From NCBI RefSeq assembly GCF_000981785.2, contig NZ_CP011304.1:1980001-2012000 (forward strand): a stretch of 32,000 nucleotides of DNA, written 5' to 3'. The stretch comes from Microcystis aeruginosa NIES-2549. Lineage in GTDB: Bacteria; Cyanobacteriota; Cyanobacteriia; Cyanobacteriales; Microcystaceae. The notes beneath the pieces are model-generated. The model was not told where the DNA came from and searched no databases. It saw only the letters and a list, made by a program, of their open reading frames with translations. A program made the translations under genes and the position numbers. Shown here piece by piece: positions 23,715-32,000 of the stretch; the first letter of the stretch is position 1; each line of letters opens with the position of its first letter.

Positions 23715-25199
23715 ATGATCGCTACACCCGTATCATCGAAATCGAACGCTATCACGGAAATCCGCCCCGGACTACCGACTATTTGCGGTTGGGAACAGGA
23801 AATCGCAGCGATTGTCAATCACGATGATCCGATCTTTTTACGGACAACAAATCTCAAATTAGACAATATTAAGGCTGGTTTTGCCTGTGCTTTGCATATG
23901 CACCAACCCACCATCCCCGCGGGTGTTAACGGTGAATTAATCTGCAATCTCCAGCATATGTTCGAGAATCAGGGGGATGGTGATAACCATAATGCCAGCG
24001 TTTTTGCCTGGTGTTACAGTCGCATGGGCGATTTTATCCCAGAATTGGTGGCGGAAGGCTGTAATCCCCGGATTATGCTCGATTATTCCGGCAATCTCCT
24101 CTGGGGTTTGGTACAGATGGGACGGCAGGATATCCTCGATAAACTCAAATTAATCACCTGTAACAGTCAATATCAACCATTTGTGGAATGGTTGGGGACG
24201 ATGTGGAGTCATGCGGTGGCCCCTTCCACACCGATTCCCGATCTAAAATTACAGATGCAAGCATGGCAAACCTATTTTGCCTCGATTTTTGGTCTGGATG
24301 CCCTAAAACGAGTCAAAGGGTTCTCTCCCCCGGAAATGCACCTTCCTAACCATCCTGATACCCTCTACGAGTATATTAAAGCTCTGAAAGAATGCGGCTA
24401 TCGTTGGTTATTGGTACAGGAACACTCGGTGGAAAATCTCGACGGTTCGGGATTGAGTCAGGAACAAAAATATATTCCTAATCGCCTGGTGGCCCGTAAT
24501 TCTCGCGGTGAAGTGATTGCGATTACTGCTTTGATTAAAACCCAGGGTTCCGACACCAAATTAGTTGCCCAAATGCAACCCTACCACGAGGCCAAATGCC
24601 GCGGTAAACAGCAAATCGGTGGCGTTTGGGTTCCTTCCCTAGGTTCCCAGATTGCCGACGGTGAAAATGGTGGCGTGATGATGAATGAATTTCCTCGCGA
24701 TTTTCCCAATCCTTGGCGGGAAATGCAGGGGGGTTCCAGTGTGGCAGGATTTAACGGTACGGAATATCTGGAGTTAATCGAGGCTGCTGGCGTTAATCCC
24801 GAAGATTATCCGGCAATTCAAGCCGTACACCAGCATAAAATCTGGCAGCGAGTTAATCCCGATGCCGCTACCCCAGAAGCGGTAGAACAGGCGATCGCTG
24901 AGTTAAAACAGTCCGACCACCGTTTTAGCATGGATGGGGCCTCTTGGACAAATGATCTCAGTTGGGTGCGCGGTTACGAAAATGTCCTCGAACCGATGAA
25001 CCAATTAAGCGCTCAATTCCACGAGAAATATGATCCTTTAGTACAGGCGGATCCTAGTTTTACCCGACGACCGGATTATCTGGAGGCACTGCTTTATAAT
25101 TTGCTTGTGCAAACCAGTTGTTTCCGTTATTGGGGCCAGGGTACTTGGACCGATTATGCCCGCACTTTATACGCAAGAGGCGCGGCCTTAACCCGCTAG
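23715..25199 (+). CDS. Glycoside hydrolase family 57 protein
   Basis: The FACALHMHQP motif near the N-terminus, the size and the overall pattern are typical of cyanobacterial GH57 proteins. Confidence 0.6.
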   Translation: MIATPVSSKSNAITEIRPGLPTICGWEQEIAAIVNHDDPIFLRTTNLKLDNIKAGFACALHMHQPTIPAGVNGELICNLQHMFENQGDGDNHNASVFAWCYSRMGDFIPELVAEGCNPRIMLDYSGNLLWGLVQMGRQDILDKLKLITCNSQYQPFVEWLGTMWSHAVAPSTPIPDLKLQMQAWQTYFASIFGLDALKRVKGFSPPEMHLPNHPDTLYEYIKALKECGYRWLLVQEHSVENLDGSGLSQEQKYIPNRLVARNSRGEVIAITALIKTQGSDTKLVAQMQPYHEAKCRGKQQIGGVWVPSLGSQIADGENGGVMMNEFPRDFPNPWREMQGGSSVAGFNGTEYLELIEAAGVNPEDYPAIQAVHQHKIWQRVNPDAATPEAVEQAIAELKQSDHRFSMDGASWTNDLSWVRGYENVLEPMNQLSAQFHEKYDPLVQADPSFTRRPDYLEALLYNLLVQTSCFRYWGQGTWTDYARTLYARGAALTR

Positions 25200-25378
25200 G
25201 ATAGTAAGGTATCTAGGGCGCAGATTCTGCGCTCTAGTAGCACAGATGTATTAAACTAAATCCTGTTTAAAAGGTATCGGGGAGCGGCGAGAAACAATCC
25301 ATCTTCTTTACATTAATTTACGAACCCTCTCTTCGATGTTTTTTAGCTGACCAAAAAGCCCCAAGGTGATTCTCCCCG

Positions 25379-25864
25379 TTGGCAACCCTAATCCCGCAAC
25401 AATTAGAGGCAACACCGATGATGACTGGCGCTTCCCCTGCTTTCCACTCACCCGCCGATTCTTCCGGGGCAAAAGTGCAATGCCATGGACGATTATTATG
25501 GCTAGGCATAGGTTGCATCCGTGGCACGGAGAAAGCGGTCATAGATAGGGCAATTAGGGCTGTTTTTCAGCGTTATCACCTCTCTTTAGCCGCTATTGCT
25601 GGTATCGCCACCCTTGACATCAAAGCTGATGAACGGGGTTTAATTGCCTACTGTCAGGAGAAAGGATTGCCCCTAAAAACTTTTACTGCCCAGGAGTTGA
25701 GAGATATTAAGGTCCCCAATCCCTCAGCTATTGTCAAGAAGAAAGGGGGAACCCCTAGCGTCGCTGAGGCTGCCGCTTTAAAAATGGGCGAGATTTTGCT
25801 AGTTAGCAAGCAAATAGAAGCCAAATCGGTGACGGTGGCGGTTTCTTTGGCAGCAAGGGAATAG
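25379..25864 (+). CDS. cbiG: Cobalamin biosynthesis protein, CbiG C-terminal / CobE domain
   Basis: LWLGIGCIRG...IAGIATLDIKADERGLIAYCQEKGLPLKTFTAQEL...GTPSVAEAAAL matches the CbiG_C pattern. The start is uncertain (TTG 25379 or ATG about 25418). Confidence 0.65.
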   Translation: MATLIPQQLEATPMMTGASPAFHSPADSSGAKVQCHGRLLWLGIGCIRGTEKAVIDRAIRAVFQRYHLSLAAIAGIATLDIKADERGLIAYCQEKGLPLKTFTAQELRDIKVPNPSAIVKKKGGTPSVAEAAALKMGEILLVSKQIEAKSVTVAVSLAARE

Positions 25865-25880
25865 AGAGGATACCAAATCG

Positions 25881-27056
25881 ATGCTTAAACAGGTTTTATT
25901 TCTTAGTAATGGTCATGGCGAGGATTTAAATGCTAGTTTAATTGTGGGGGAATTACAAAAAATTCAGCCCCAATTATCTATAGCTGCTTTGCCTTTAGTG
26001 GGAGAGGGAAAAGCTTATCAAAAATTGCCAGTACCAATTATTGCCCCCACTGCCACTATGCCATCGGGGGGAATTATTTATACCAATCCTTTTAATTGGA
26101 TTAAAGATATTGGCGCGGGATTAATTAGTCTAACTATTAAACAAATTCAGGCAGCTTTTAAAGTTAGCAAGAATTGTGATTTATTGATAGCAGTGGGGGA
26201 TATTGTGCCGATTGCGATCGCTCGTTTAACCGGTCGTCCTTTTGTGGCTTTTATTGTTTCTACTTCCAGTTATTACGAAGGTACAATTAAATTACCTTTA
26301 CTCACAGAATTATGCTTAAGATCGAAGAATTGTTTAAGGGTTTTCACTAGGGATAAATATACAGCAACAGATTTACAAAATCGGGGTATTAAAAAAGCGA
26401 TTTTTGCTGGTTATCCAATTATGGATGTGTTAACACCAACGGGTAAAGATTTAGAATTAGATAGTCAAATTCCCATGATTGCTTTATTAGCGGGGAGTCG
26501 TTTACCTGAAGCTTTGAGTAATTTAGCTTTACAGTTAAAAGTCTGTGAGGAAATAGTTAAAATTAAACCGATGCAGTTTCGGGCTGCTATCATTCCTAGC
26601 ATCAGAGAAACCGACTTAGAAAATTTGGCTAAACAAGAGGGATGGCATTATTTAGGAGCGGGAAAATTAGAGAAAAATGGGGCTTTATTGTGCTGTTATC
26701 GTGATGCTTTTGCCGATATTCTACACCATTGTGACGCTTGTTTAGCCATGGCGGGGACAGCAGTAGAACAAGCGGTAGGATTAGGAAAACCCGTCCTACA
26801 AATACCCGGATTTGGTCCCCAATTTACCTACCCTTTTGCTGAGGCACAAATGCGCTTATTAGGGGAATCGGTGATAACTATTGGAAAGAAACCCACGGAG
26901 GTAAATTTATTTAAAAATGCTGCGGTTAAAATTATCGATATTTTGGCAGATTCTCGTTATTTACACAGATGTTTAGAGAATGGCAAAATTAGAGTGGGAG
27001 AGTCCGGAGGTAGCAGGAAGATTGCCGAGGAAATTTATATAAACTTAGGGTGTTAG
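25881..27056 (+). CDS. Lipid-A-disaccharide synthase-related glycosyltransferase (LpxB-like, cyanobacterial family)
   Basis: The LFLSNGHGEDL N-terminus and the MAGTAVEQAVGLGKPV C-terminal nucleotide-sugar-binding-like block fit a GT-B LpxB-related protein. Confidence 0.55.
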   Translation: MLKQVLFLSNGHGEDLNASLIVGELQKIQPQLSIAALPLVGEGKAYQKLPVPIIAPTATMPSGGIIYTNPFNWIKDIGAGLISLTIKQIQAAFKVSKNCDLLIAVGDIVPIAIARLTGRPFVAFIVSTSSYYEGTIKLPLLTELCLRSKNCLRVFTRDKYTATDLQNRGIKKAIFAGYPIMDVLTPTGKDLELDSQIPMIALLAGSRLPEALSNLALQLKVCEEIVKIKPMQFRAAIIPSIRETDLENLAKQEGWHYLGAGKLEKNGALLCCYRDAFADILHHCDACLAMAGTAVEQAVGLGKPVLQIPGFGPQFTYPFAEAQMRLLGESVITIGKKPTEVNLFKNAAVKIIDILADSRYLHRCLENGKIRVGESGGSRKIAEEIYINLGC

Positions 27057-27098
27057 GGCAGCGTAATCCAGCTTAAAATTAACTCAATTACCTTCTAA

Positions 27099-27947
27099 TT
27101 AAACATCGTCATTTTCCTGAACGGATAAAAACTCAGCCACCGCTTGATTAAAAGTTTCAGGTTCCCCTAAAAATGCCCAATGATTACCCGGTATCTTTTT
27201 AATTTCTAGAGACTTTAAATACTTTTTATAGGATTGAATTTGCCAAGCAGTGCGATTTAATCCCTGTTGAGGAAGGATCAATAAACTGGGAATATCTAAA
27301 GCTTTAGTTAATCCGGCAAACCCCATGACATCCTCAAAAATTTCCCCGCGTGCCGATAAAGTAAATTTACTGCTCCAACTGCCATCCGCTTTTTGTTCGA
27401 TGGCATTTTTAAACACCTCTTGCTGTAAATTTGACCAACCTTTATATTGTTTTAATTGACGAGCGATCGCTTCTATGCTCTGATAACTATCAAAGGAACG
27501 AGTAATCTTTAAAAAGGGCAAAACTTGATAGAGAATTGGAAAAGTTATCCTCATCCAACTAGGCATTTTATCGATAAAAAAGGGATCGACTAAAATTAAA
27601 CTCTTAAATACTTCCGGCTGTTTAGTTGCCCAAATTGCCGCTATTTTAGCACTCCAAGAATGACCTAAAATATGTGCTTGCGTCCAACCTAAATGATTAA
27701 TTAAAGCCCTTAAATCGCTGATATAATCCTGAAAGTGATAACCAGTTGCCGGTTTATCGCTTTCCCCATGTCCCCGCAAATCTGGAGCAATAACTTGATA
27801 ATTTGAGCTTAAATAATCGCCCAAACTTGACCAAACCAAAGCATGATCCGCCATGCCGTGCAATAATAATAGAGGTATACCTCGATCGCTCCATTGTAAA
27901 TAGGAAATTTCCATCGAGTTATTGGTAAAAGTCTGGCGTTGTGGCAT
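27099..27947 (-). CDS. Alpha/beta-fold hydrolase
   Basis: LLLLHGMADH (oxyanion region), the GHSWSA nucleophile elbow and a C-terminal GNHW His region are present. Confidence 0.8.
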   Translation of the reverse strand: MPQRQTFTNNSMEISYLQWSDRGIPLLLLHGMADHALVWSSLGDYLSSNYQVIAPDLRGHGESDKPATGYHFQDYISDLRALINHLGWTQAHILGHSWSAKIAAIWATKQPEVFKSLILVDPFFIDKMPSWMRITFPILYQVLPFLKITRSFDSYQSIEAIARQLKQYKGWSNLQQEVFKNAIEQKADGSWSSKFTLSARGEIFEDVMGFAGLTKALDIPSLLILPQQGLNRTAWQIQSYKKYLKSLEIKKIPGNHWAFLGEPETFNQAVAEFLSVQENDDV

Positions 27948-28005
27948 AAATTCTCGACCGATTTTTATTCTATAATTTAAATATCACTTAATAAAACTTC
28001 ATACA

Positions 28006-28899
28006 ATGGCACTACAATCGCCCCTCACTGCCACTAGCTTAGAGCAATTGTCTTGGACATGGCAAGGTCACACCATCCCCTACACCGTGCGGGGAGAAGG
28101 ACAACCCCTAGTATTAATTCACGGTTTTGGGGCATCTATCGGTCATTGGCGCAAAAATATCCCCGTTTTAGCGGAAAATGGCTATCAAGTCTATGCCCTA
28201 GATCTCTTGGGATTTGGGGGTGCGGATAAGCCCGCTTTAGATTATAGTCTCAACCTTTGGCAGCAGCAAATACAAGACTTTTGGCGGGAAAAAATCGCAA
28301 AACCGACCGTATTTGTCGGTAATTCCATCGGGGGACTGATTACCTTAATGCTGATGGCAGAATCTCCCGAAATCACTGCCGGAGGCGTAATTATTAACTG
28401 TGCCGGAGGATTAAACCATCGTCCCGAAGAATTAAATTTCCCTTTGCGTTTAATCATGGCTGCCTTTACCGGTTTAGTTAGTTCCCCCGTGACAGGAAAG
28501 TTTATTTTTGAACAGGTAAGACAGAAAAATCGCATCCGGAACACCTTAAAACAAGTTTATCGGGATCATACCGCGATTACCGAGGAATTAGTCGAAATTC
28601 TCTATCAACCCTCCTGTGATGCGGGTGCGTGGGGAGTGTTTGCATCGGTGTTGACAGCACCCCCCGGACCTTCTCCCCAGGAATTATTACCGCCAATCGA
28701 TCGCCCTTTATTGGTACTCTGGGGAGAGGATGACCCTTGGACACCGATCGCCGGTTCGGTAATTTACCAAGAAAGAGCTAAAATGGGAGATAATACCCAA
28801 TTTTATCCGATTGCCAAAGCTGGTCACTGTCCCCACGATGAACATCCCGAAAAAGTTAATCAATTAATTTTGAGTTGGCTGTCGGAAATGGGGATTTAG
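28006..28899 (+). CDS. Alpha/beta-fold hydrolase
   Basis: LVLIHGFGAS, the GNSIGG nucleophile elbow and a C-terminal AGHCPHDEHPE block are present. Confidence 0.8.
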   Translation: MALQSPLTATSLEQLSWTWQGHTIPYTVRGEGQPLVLIHGFGASIGHWRKNIPVLAENGYQVYALDLLGFGGADKPALDYSLNLWQQQIQDFWREKIAKPTVFVGNSIGGLITLMLMAESPEITAGGVIINCAGGLNHRPEELNFPLRLIMAAFTGLVSSPVTGKFIFEQVRQKNRIRNTLKQVYRDHTAITEELVEILYQPSCDAGAWGVFASVLTAPPGPSPQELLPPIDRPLLVLWGEDDPWTPIAGSVIYQERAKMGDNTQFYPIAKAGHCPHDEHPEKVNQLILSWLSEMGI

Positions 28900-28915
28900 T
28901 CAGTTATCGAAGATT

Positions 28916-29317
28916 TTAGCGATTAATAGTTACTGGAGAAATCTGCCAATCGGGGCGAAGATTTTTCGCCCCCCGGAGATAGACGTGCTGCATTTCCCCT
29001 TGTAGTTTGAGAGTATTAACGTGGAGAATTACGCGAATACACTTGTCCAGACTACCAGCGACCTGCATCTGTTGCACATCGAGGAGGGGGACATTTTGCC
29101 AATGGGGACGTTCGCGAGCGATAGCAGCGGGGAAAATCACGTCTAAATCCTGAGTTGCCGTAAAGATAACACTAACAATATCATCGGGGTCGAGACTATT
29201 GTGAATTTCGATCGCTTCGAGGAGTTCTGTTACTGCTTCTCGTATAGCTTCAATAGTATTAACCGTTACTGTCGTCGCTCCCCGAATGGCTCGAACCTTC
29301 CACTGCACGATTGTCAT
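28916..29317 (-). CDS. aroH: Chorismate mutase, AroH class
   Basis: VRAIRGATTV near the N-terminus, IVSVIFTATQDL, FPAAIAR and CIRVILHVNT blocks match monofunctional AroH-type chorismate mutases. Confidence 0.85.
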   Translation of the reverse strand: MTIVQWKVRAIRGATTVTVNTIEAIREAVTELLEAIEIHNSLDPDDIVSVIFTATQDLDVIFPAAIARERPHWQNVPLLDVQQMQVAGSLDKCIRVILHVNTLKLQGEMQHVYLRGAKNLRPDWQISPVTINR

Positions 29318-29385
29318 CCTCCGCTAATCCTGATGAGTCAATTTTAGGGGTTAACGCGCCCTTTTTCTCGACTTTAATCTGGCCA

Positions 29386-30207
29386 TCAGGGGCGGTATAA
29401 CCACAATAGTTGTCCGTTAACTTCCAATTCAAATTCTAGACGCTGTAGGGTTTTTTGTAATCCTGGGGGTATTTGGGAACGATTGCCCGTCAGACGACTG
29501 AGGAGGGGTTTCGGTTCTTCGATAGTCTGACATTTAGTTTTATCTGGGGGTAATCCTGCCAATTCTAGCGCCCAAAGTCGGGCATCTTCCTCGGTTCCCA
29601 GGCGATCGACCACTCCTAATTCTAACGCCTGTTGACCGGTAAAAATGCGCCCATCGGCAAAACTTTTCACCTGATTGACATCTAAATTTCTGGCTCCGGC
29701 GACGGTTTGCAGAAATTGCTGATAACTGGTATCGATCATATCTTGGAGAATTCTTTCTTCTTCATCAGTTAATTCTCGATCGAAGGAGAGAATATCTTTA
29801 TAGGGGCCAGATTTAATCACTTTAAACGAAACTCCCACCTTATCCAACAATCTTTCCAGATTGTTCCCTCTCAGGATAACACCGATCGAGCCAGTAATCG
29901 TGCCGGGGTTAGCCATAATATAATTAGCCCCCATACCGATATAAACGCCACCAGAGGCGGAAATATTGCCAAAACTAGCGATTATTTTCGTGGTTTTTTG
30001 TAACCGCTTCAATGCTTCATAAATTTCCTGGGAATCCCCCACGGTTCCCCCGGGGGAGTCAATGCGGAGAAGTAGGGCGGGATATTGCCTTTCTTTGACG
30101 ATTTCTAGGGCTTTTAAGACCCTTTTGCGGGTATCGGAGGCAATTGCACCTGTAATTTCTATTCGAGCGATTTGTTTGCGGGTTTTCGGTTTAAAAGGCC
30201 AGACCAT
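29386..30207 (-). CDS. sppA: Signal peptide peptidase SppA, 36K type
   Basis: LLRIDSPGGTVGDSQEI, the catalytic-serine region ASGGVYIG, and GSIGVI and KSGPYKD blocks are present. Confidence 0.9.
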   Translation of the reverse strand: MVWPFKPKTRKQIARIEITGAIASDTRKRVLKALEIVKERQYPALLLRIDSPGGTVGDSQEIYEALKRLQKTTKIIASFGNISASGGVYIGMGANYIMANPGTITGSIGVILRGNNLERLLDKVGVSFKVIKSGPYKDILSFDRELTDEEERILQDMIDTSYQQFLQTVAGARNLDVNQVKSFADGRIFTGQQALELGVVDRLGTEEDARLWALELAGLPPDKTKCQTIEEPKPLLSRLTGNRSQIPPGLQKTLQRLEFELEVNGQLLWLYRP

Positions 30208-30364
30208 CAGGTTTAAATATCTCTCAAAAAAGGACTCTTTCTAATCTAACGCTTTGATCGTTCTAGGTTAAGCAGACATTATATTTCAGAATTTAAGGAC
30301 AAAATGTCTGGTTAAGTGTATAATAGCATTAAGTGACCAGAGTTGAGGTAGGCGAGGTGAAGAT

Positions 30365-30646
30365 TTGGGCAAGGTGGAATCCTTTAATTTAGATGGCTTA
30401 GATCTGTTTTTCAATTCTCACGATCATTGGCCACCTCATTTTCATGTTCGTAAACCGGGCCAATGGGAAATTAGAGTTTTTTTCTTACTTTGTAATCAAG
30501 AAAATGGTCTAAATTTTCAGGTGAAATGGCCCGCCAATGCCAAAATATCTAGTAAGGAAAAAAAGCAAATACTCGACCACGTTTTAGCCAATCGTTCTAC
30601 ACTCCTGATTGAATGGGAGGCAAAGGTCTGTACCTGGGAGAATTAA
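30365..30646 (+). CDS. DUF4160-domain protein
   Basis: HDHWPPHFHVRKPGQWEIRVFF contains the PPHFH signature of DUF4160. The TTG start is preceded by GAGGTG. The gene ends 2 nt before the next start. Confidence 0.65.
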   Translation: MGKVESFNLDGLDLFFNSHDHWPPHFHVRKPGQWEIRVFFLLCNQENGLNFQVKWPANAKISSKEKKQILDHVLANRSTLLIEWEAKVCTWEN

Positions 30647-30648
30647 TT

Positions 30649-31494
30649 ATGTTAAATAAGCCAGAAATTACTGTTATAATTGAGGATAAAGAAATTTATA
30701 ATTTCTTGCCAGAGTTTCAATCTGTGCAGATTCTTTCTTTACCAGATTTAAAGAATATTGATTCTTTAAAAAACATCTTTATTTGTACTTCTTTGAACGG
30801 TTTAAAATCAGTGTCAGATATTGCCAGAAATGCTAATGATAAACATCATCTGCGAGGTCTTTTTATCCGAGCAGACATTGATTCTATCTGCTTGCCGCAA
30901 CTATTTAAACGGGCCAATTTACGCACCCTGCGAAATACCCTCGTTTATCGAGATTTTACTTTACCGACAAGGGTGATTAATGCTTGGAGTTGGGGAGCGC
31001 AAGAGCATTTAATCGCCACAGCTTTAGTTATTGAGGAAAGTTTATTAATCAGTCGCTGTGATCTCAATGAGCTAGAAATTCCCTTTGCATCTATGCCAGC
31101 TTTACAGCGTATTCCTCTAGAAGAAAGAGAGAAGTTTATCATAGCAGAAGATGGTAGTTATATTCATTGGCCAGTCGTGGACATTCATCTTGATATAGAG
31201 GCTTTTTTGAGTGTGATTGAACCAAAAGCAAAACAAAAGTTTGCAGCGATTAAATTAAAACATGATCAGATTTTTGGTCGAGCGATTGCCTCTTTACGCA
31301 AACAGCATCAACTGCGACAATCAGATATTATAGGAGTATCCGAGCGTCAAGTGAGACGCATTGAACAGGGAGAAGGAACAAAGGTAGAAACCCTTAATTT
31401 ATTTGCCCAAGCTCACAAAATGGAACTTAATGATTATCTTGATGCTGTTGCTGGGTTAATCGATAATACTTCAGTAGATTTGCTCCAATCTTAA
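30649..31494 (+). CDS. Fusion protein: unknown N-terminal region + DUF2442-like segment + C-terminal XRE-type HTH
   Basis: AEDGSYIHWPVVDIHLDIEAFL matches the DUF2442 C-terminal pattern (IHWP-x-LD-x-DI). LRKQHQLRQSDIIGVSERQVRRIEQGEGTKVETLNLFAQAH is an XRE HTH. I prefer the ATG at 30649 over the track GTG at 30613. Confidence 0.6.
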   Translation: MLNKPEITVIIEDKEIYNFLPEFQSVQILSLPDLKNIDSLKNIFICTSLNGLKSVSDIARNANDKHHLRGLFIRADIDSICLPQLFKRANLRTLRNTLVYRDFTLPTRVINAWSWGAQEHLIATALVIEESLLISRCDLNELEIPFASMPALQRIPLEEREKFIIAEDGSYIHWPVVDIHLDIEAFLSVIEPKAKQKFAAIKLKHDQIFGRAIASLRKQHQLRQSDIIGVSERQVRRIEQGEGTKVETLNLFAQAHKMELNDYLDAVAGLIDNTSVDLLQS

Positions 31495-31498
31495 GCTT

Positions 31499-32000
<502 letters not shown>

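Noticed and set aside
25200-25420. A cobalamin riboswitch upstream of the cbiG-like gene, and a hairpin CTAGGGCGCAGATTCTGCGCTCTAG at 25213-25237.
   Set aside because: I could not recognise a B12-box-like core. The palindrome is short, lacks a U-tract and may simply be a weak terminator for the GH57 gene. An Rfam scan is needed to decide.
25318-25548. ORFs 25318-25542 (-) and 25366-25548 (+) at the start of the cbiG-like gene.
   Set aside because: They overlap the frame that continues into clear CbiG_C homology and have no independent support.

Overview
This is a 32-kb chromosomal window that looks cyanobacterial. That is inferred from frequent HIP1 GCGATCGC palindromes, pxcA/cemA, STRR-like heptamer repeats and a high toxin-antitoxin load. 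The style resembles Microcystis, but I cannot verify that without a search. All product calls rest on motifs I recognised in the supplied or my own translations; no homology search was run.

Layout:
(1) 1-4650 is an accessory patch. It holds a partial IS607-family element (tnpA + tnpB) inserted into a vapC gene, a retropepsin-like protease with a small coupled partner bracketed by 83-bp hairpin repeats, and an intact vapBC pair followed by a small membrane protein.
(2) 4947-10115 is mostly housekeeping: recQ, ybeY, dgkA and a SAM methyltransferase, with repeat-rich intergenic DNA.
(3) 10116-15200 is the most interesting part. It carries an AT-rich, HIP1-free ATPase + HNH nuclease pair (Septu/PtuAB-like). 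After it, a ~440-bp duplication covering the ptuB 3' end and its downstream region brackets a 2.1-kb segment encoding a large polytopic membrane protein.
(4) 15281-30207 is a housekeeping run: hemB, a UvrD-like protein, pxcA, an Rpn-like nuclease, a CNNM/CorC transporter, GH57, cbiG-C, an LpxB-related gene, two alpha/beta hydrolases, aroH and sppA. It also holds an IS5-family transposase remnant.
(5) 30365-31494 is a DUF4160 + DUF2442-HTH gene pair wedged between sppA and the 3' end of ligA.

I recognised no rRNA, tRNA or CRISPR array.
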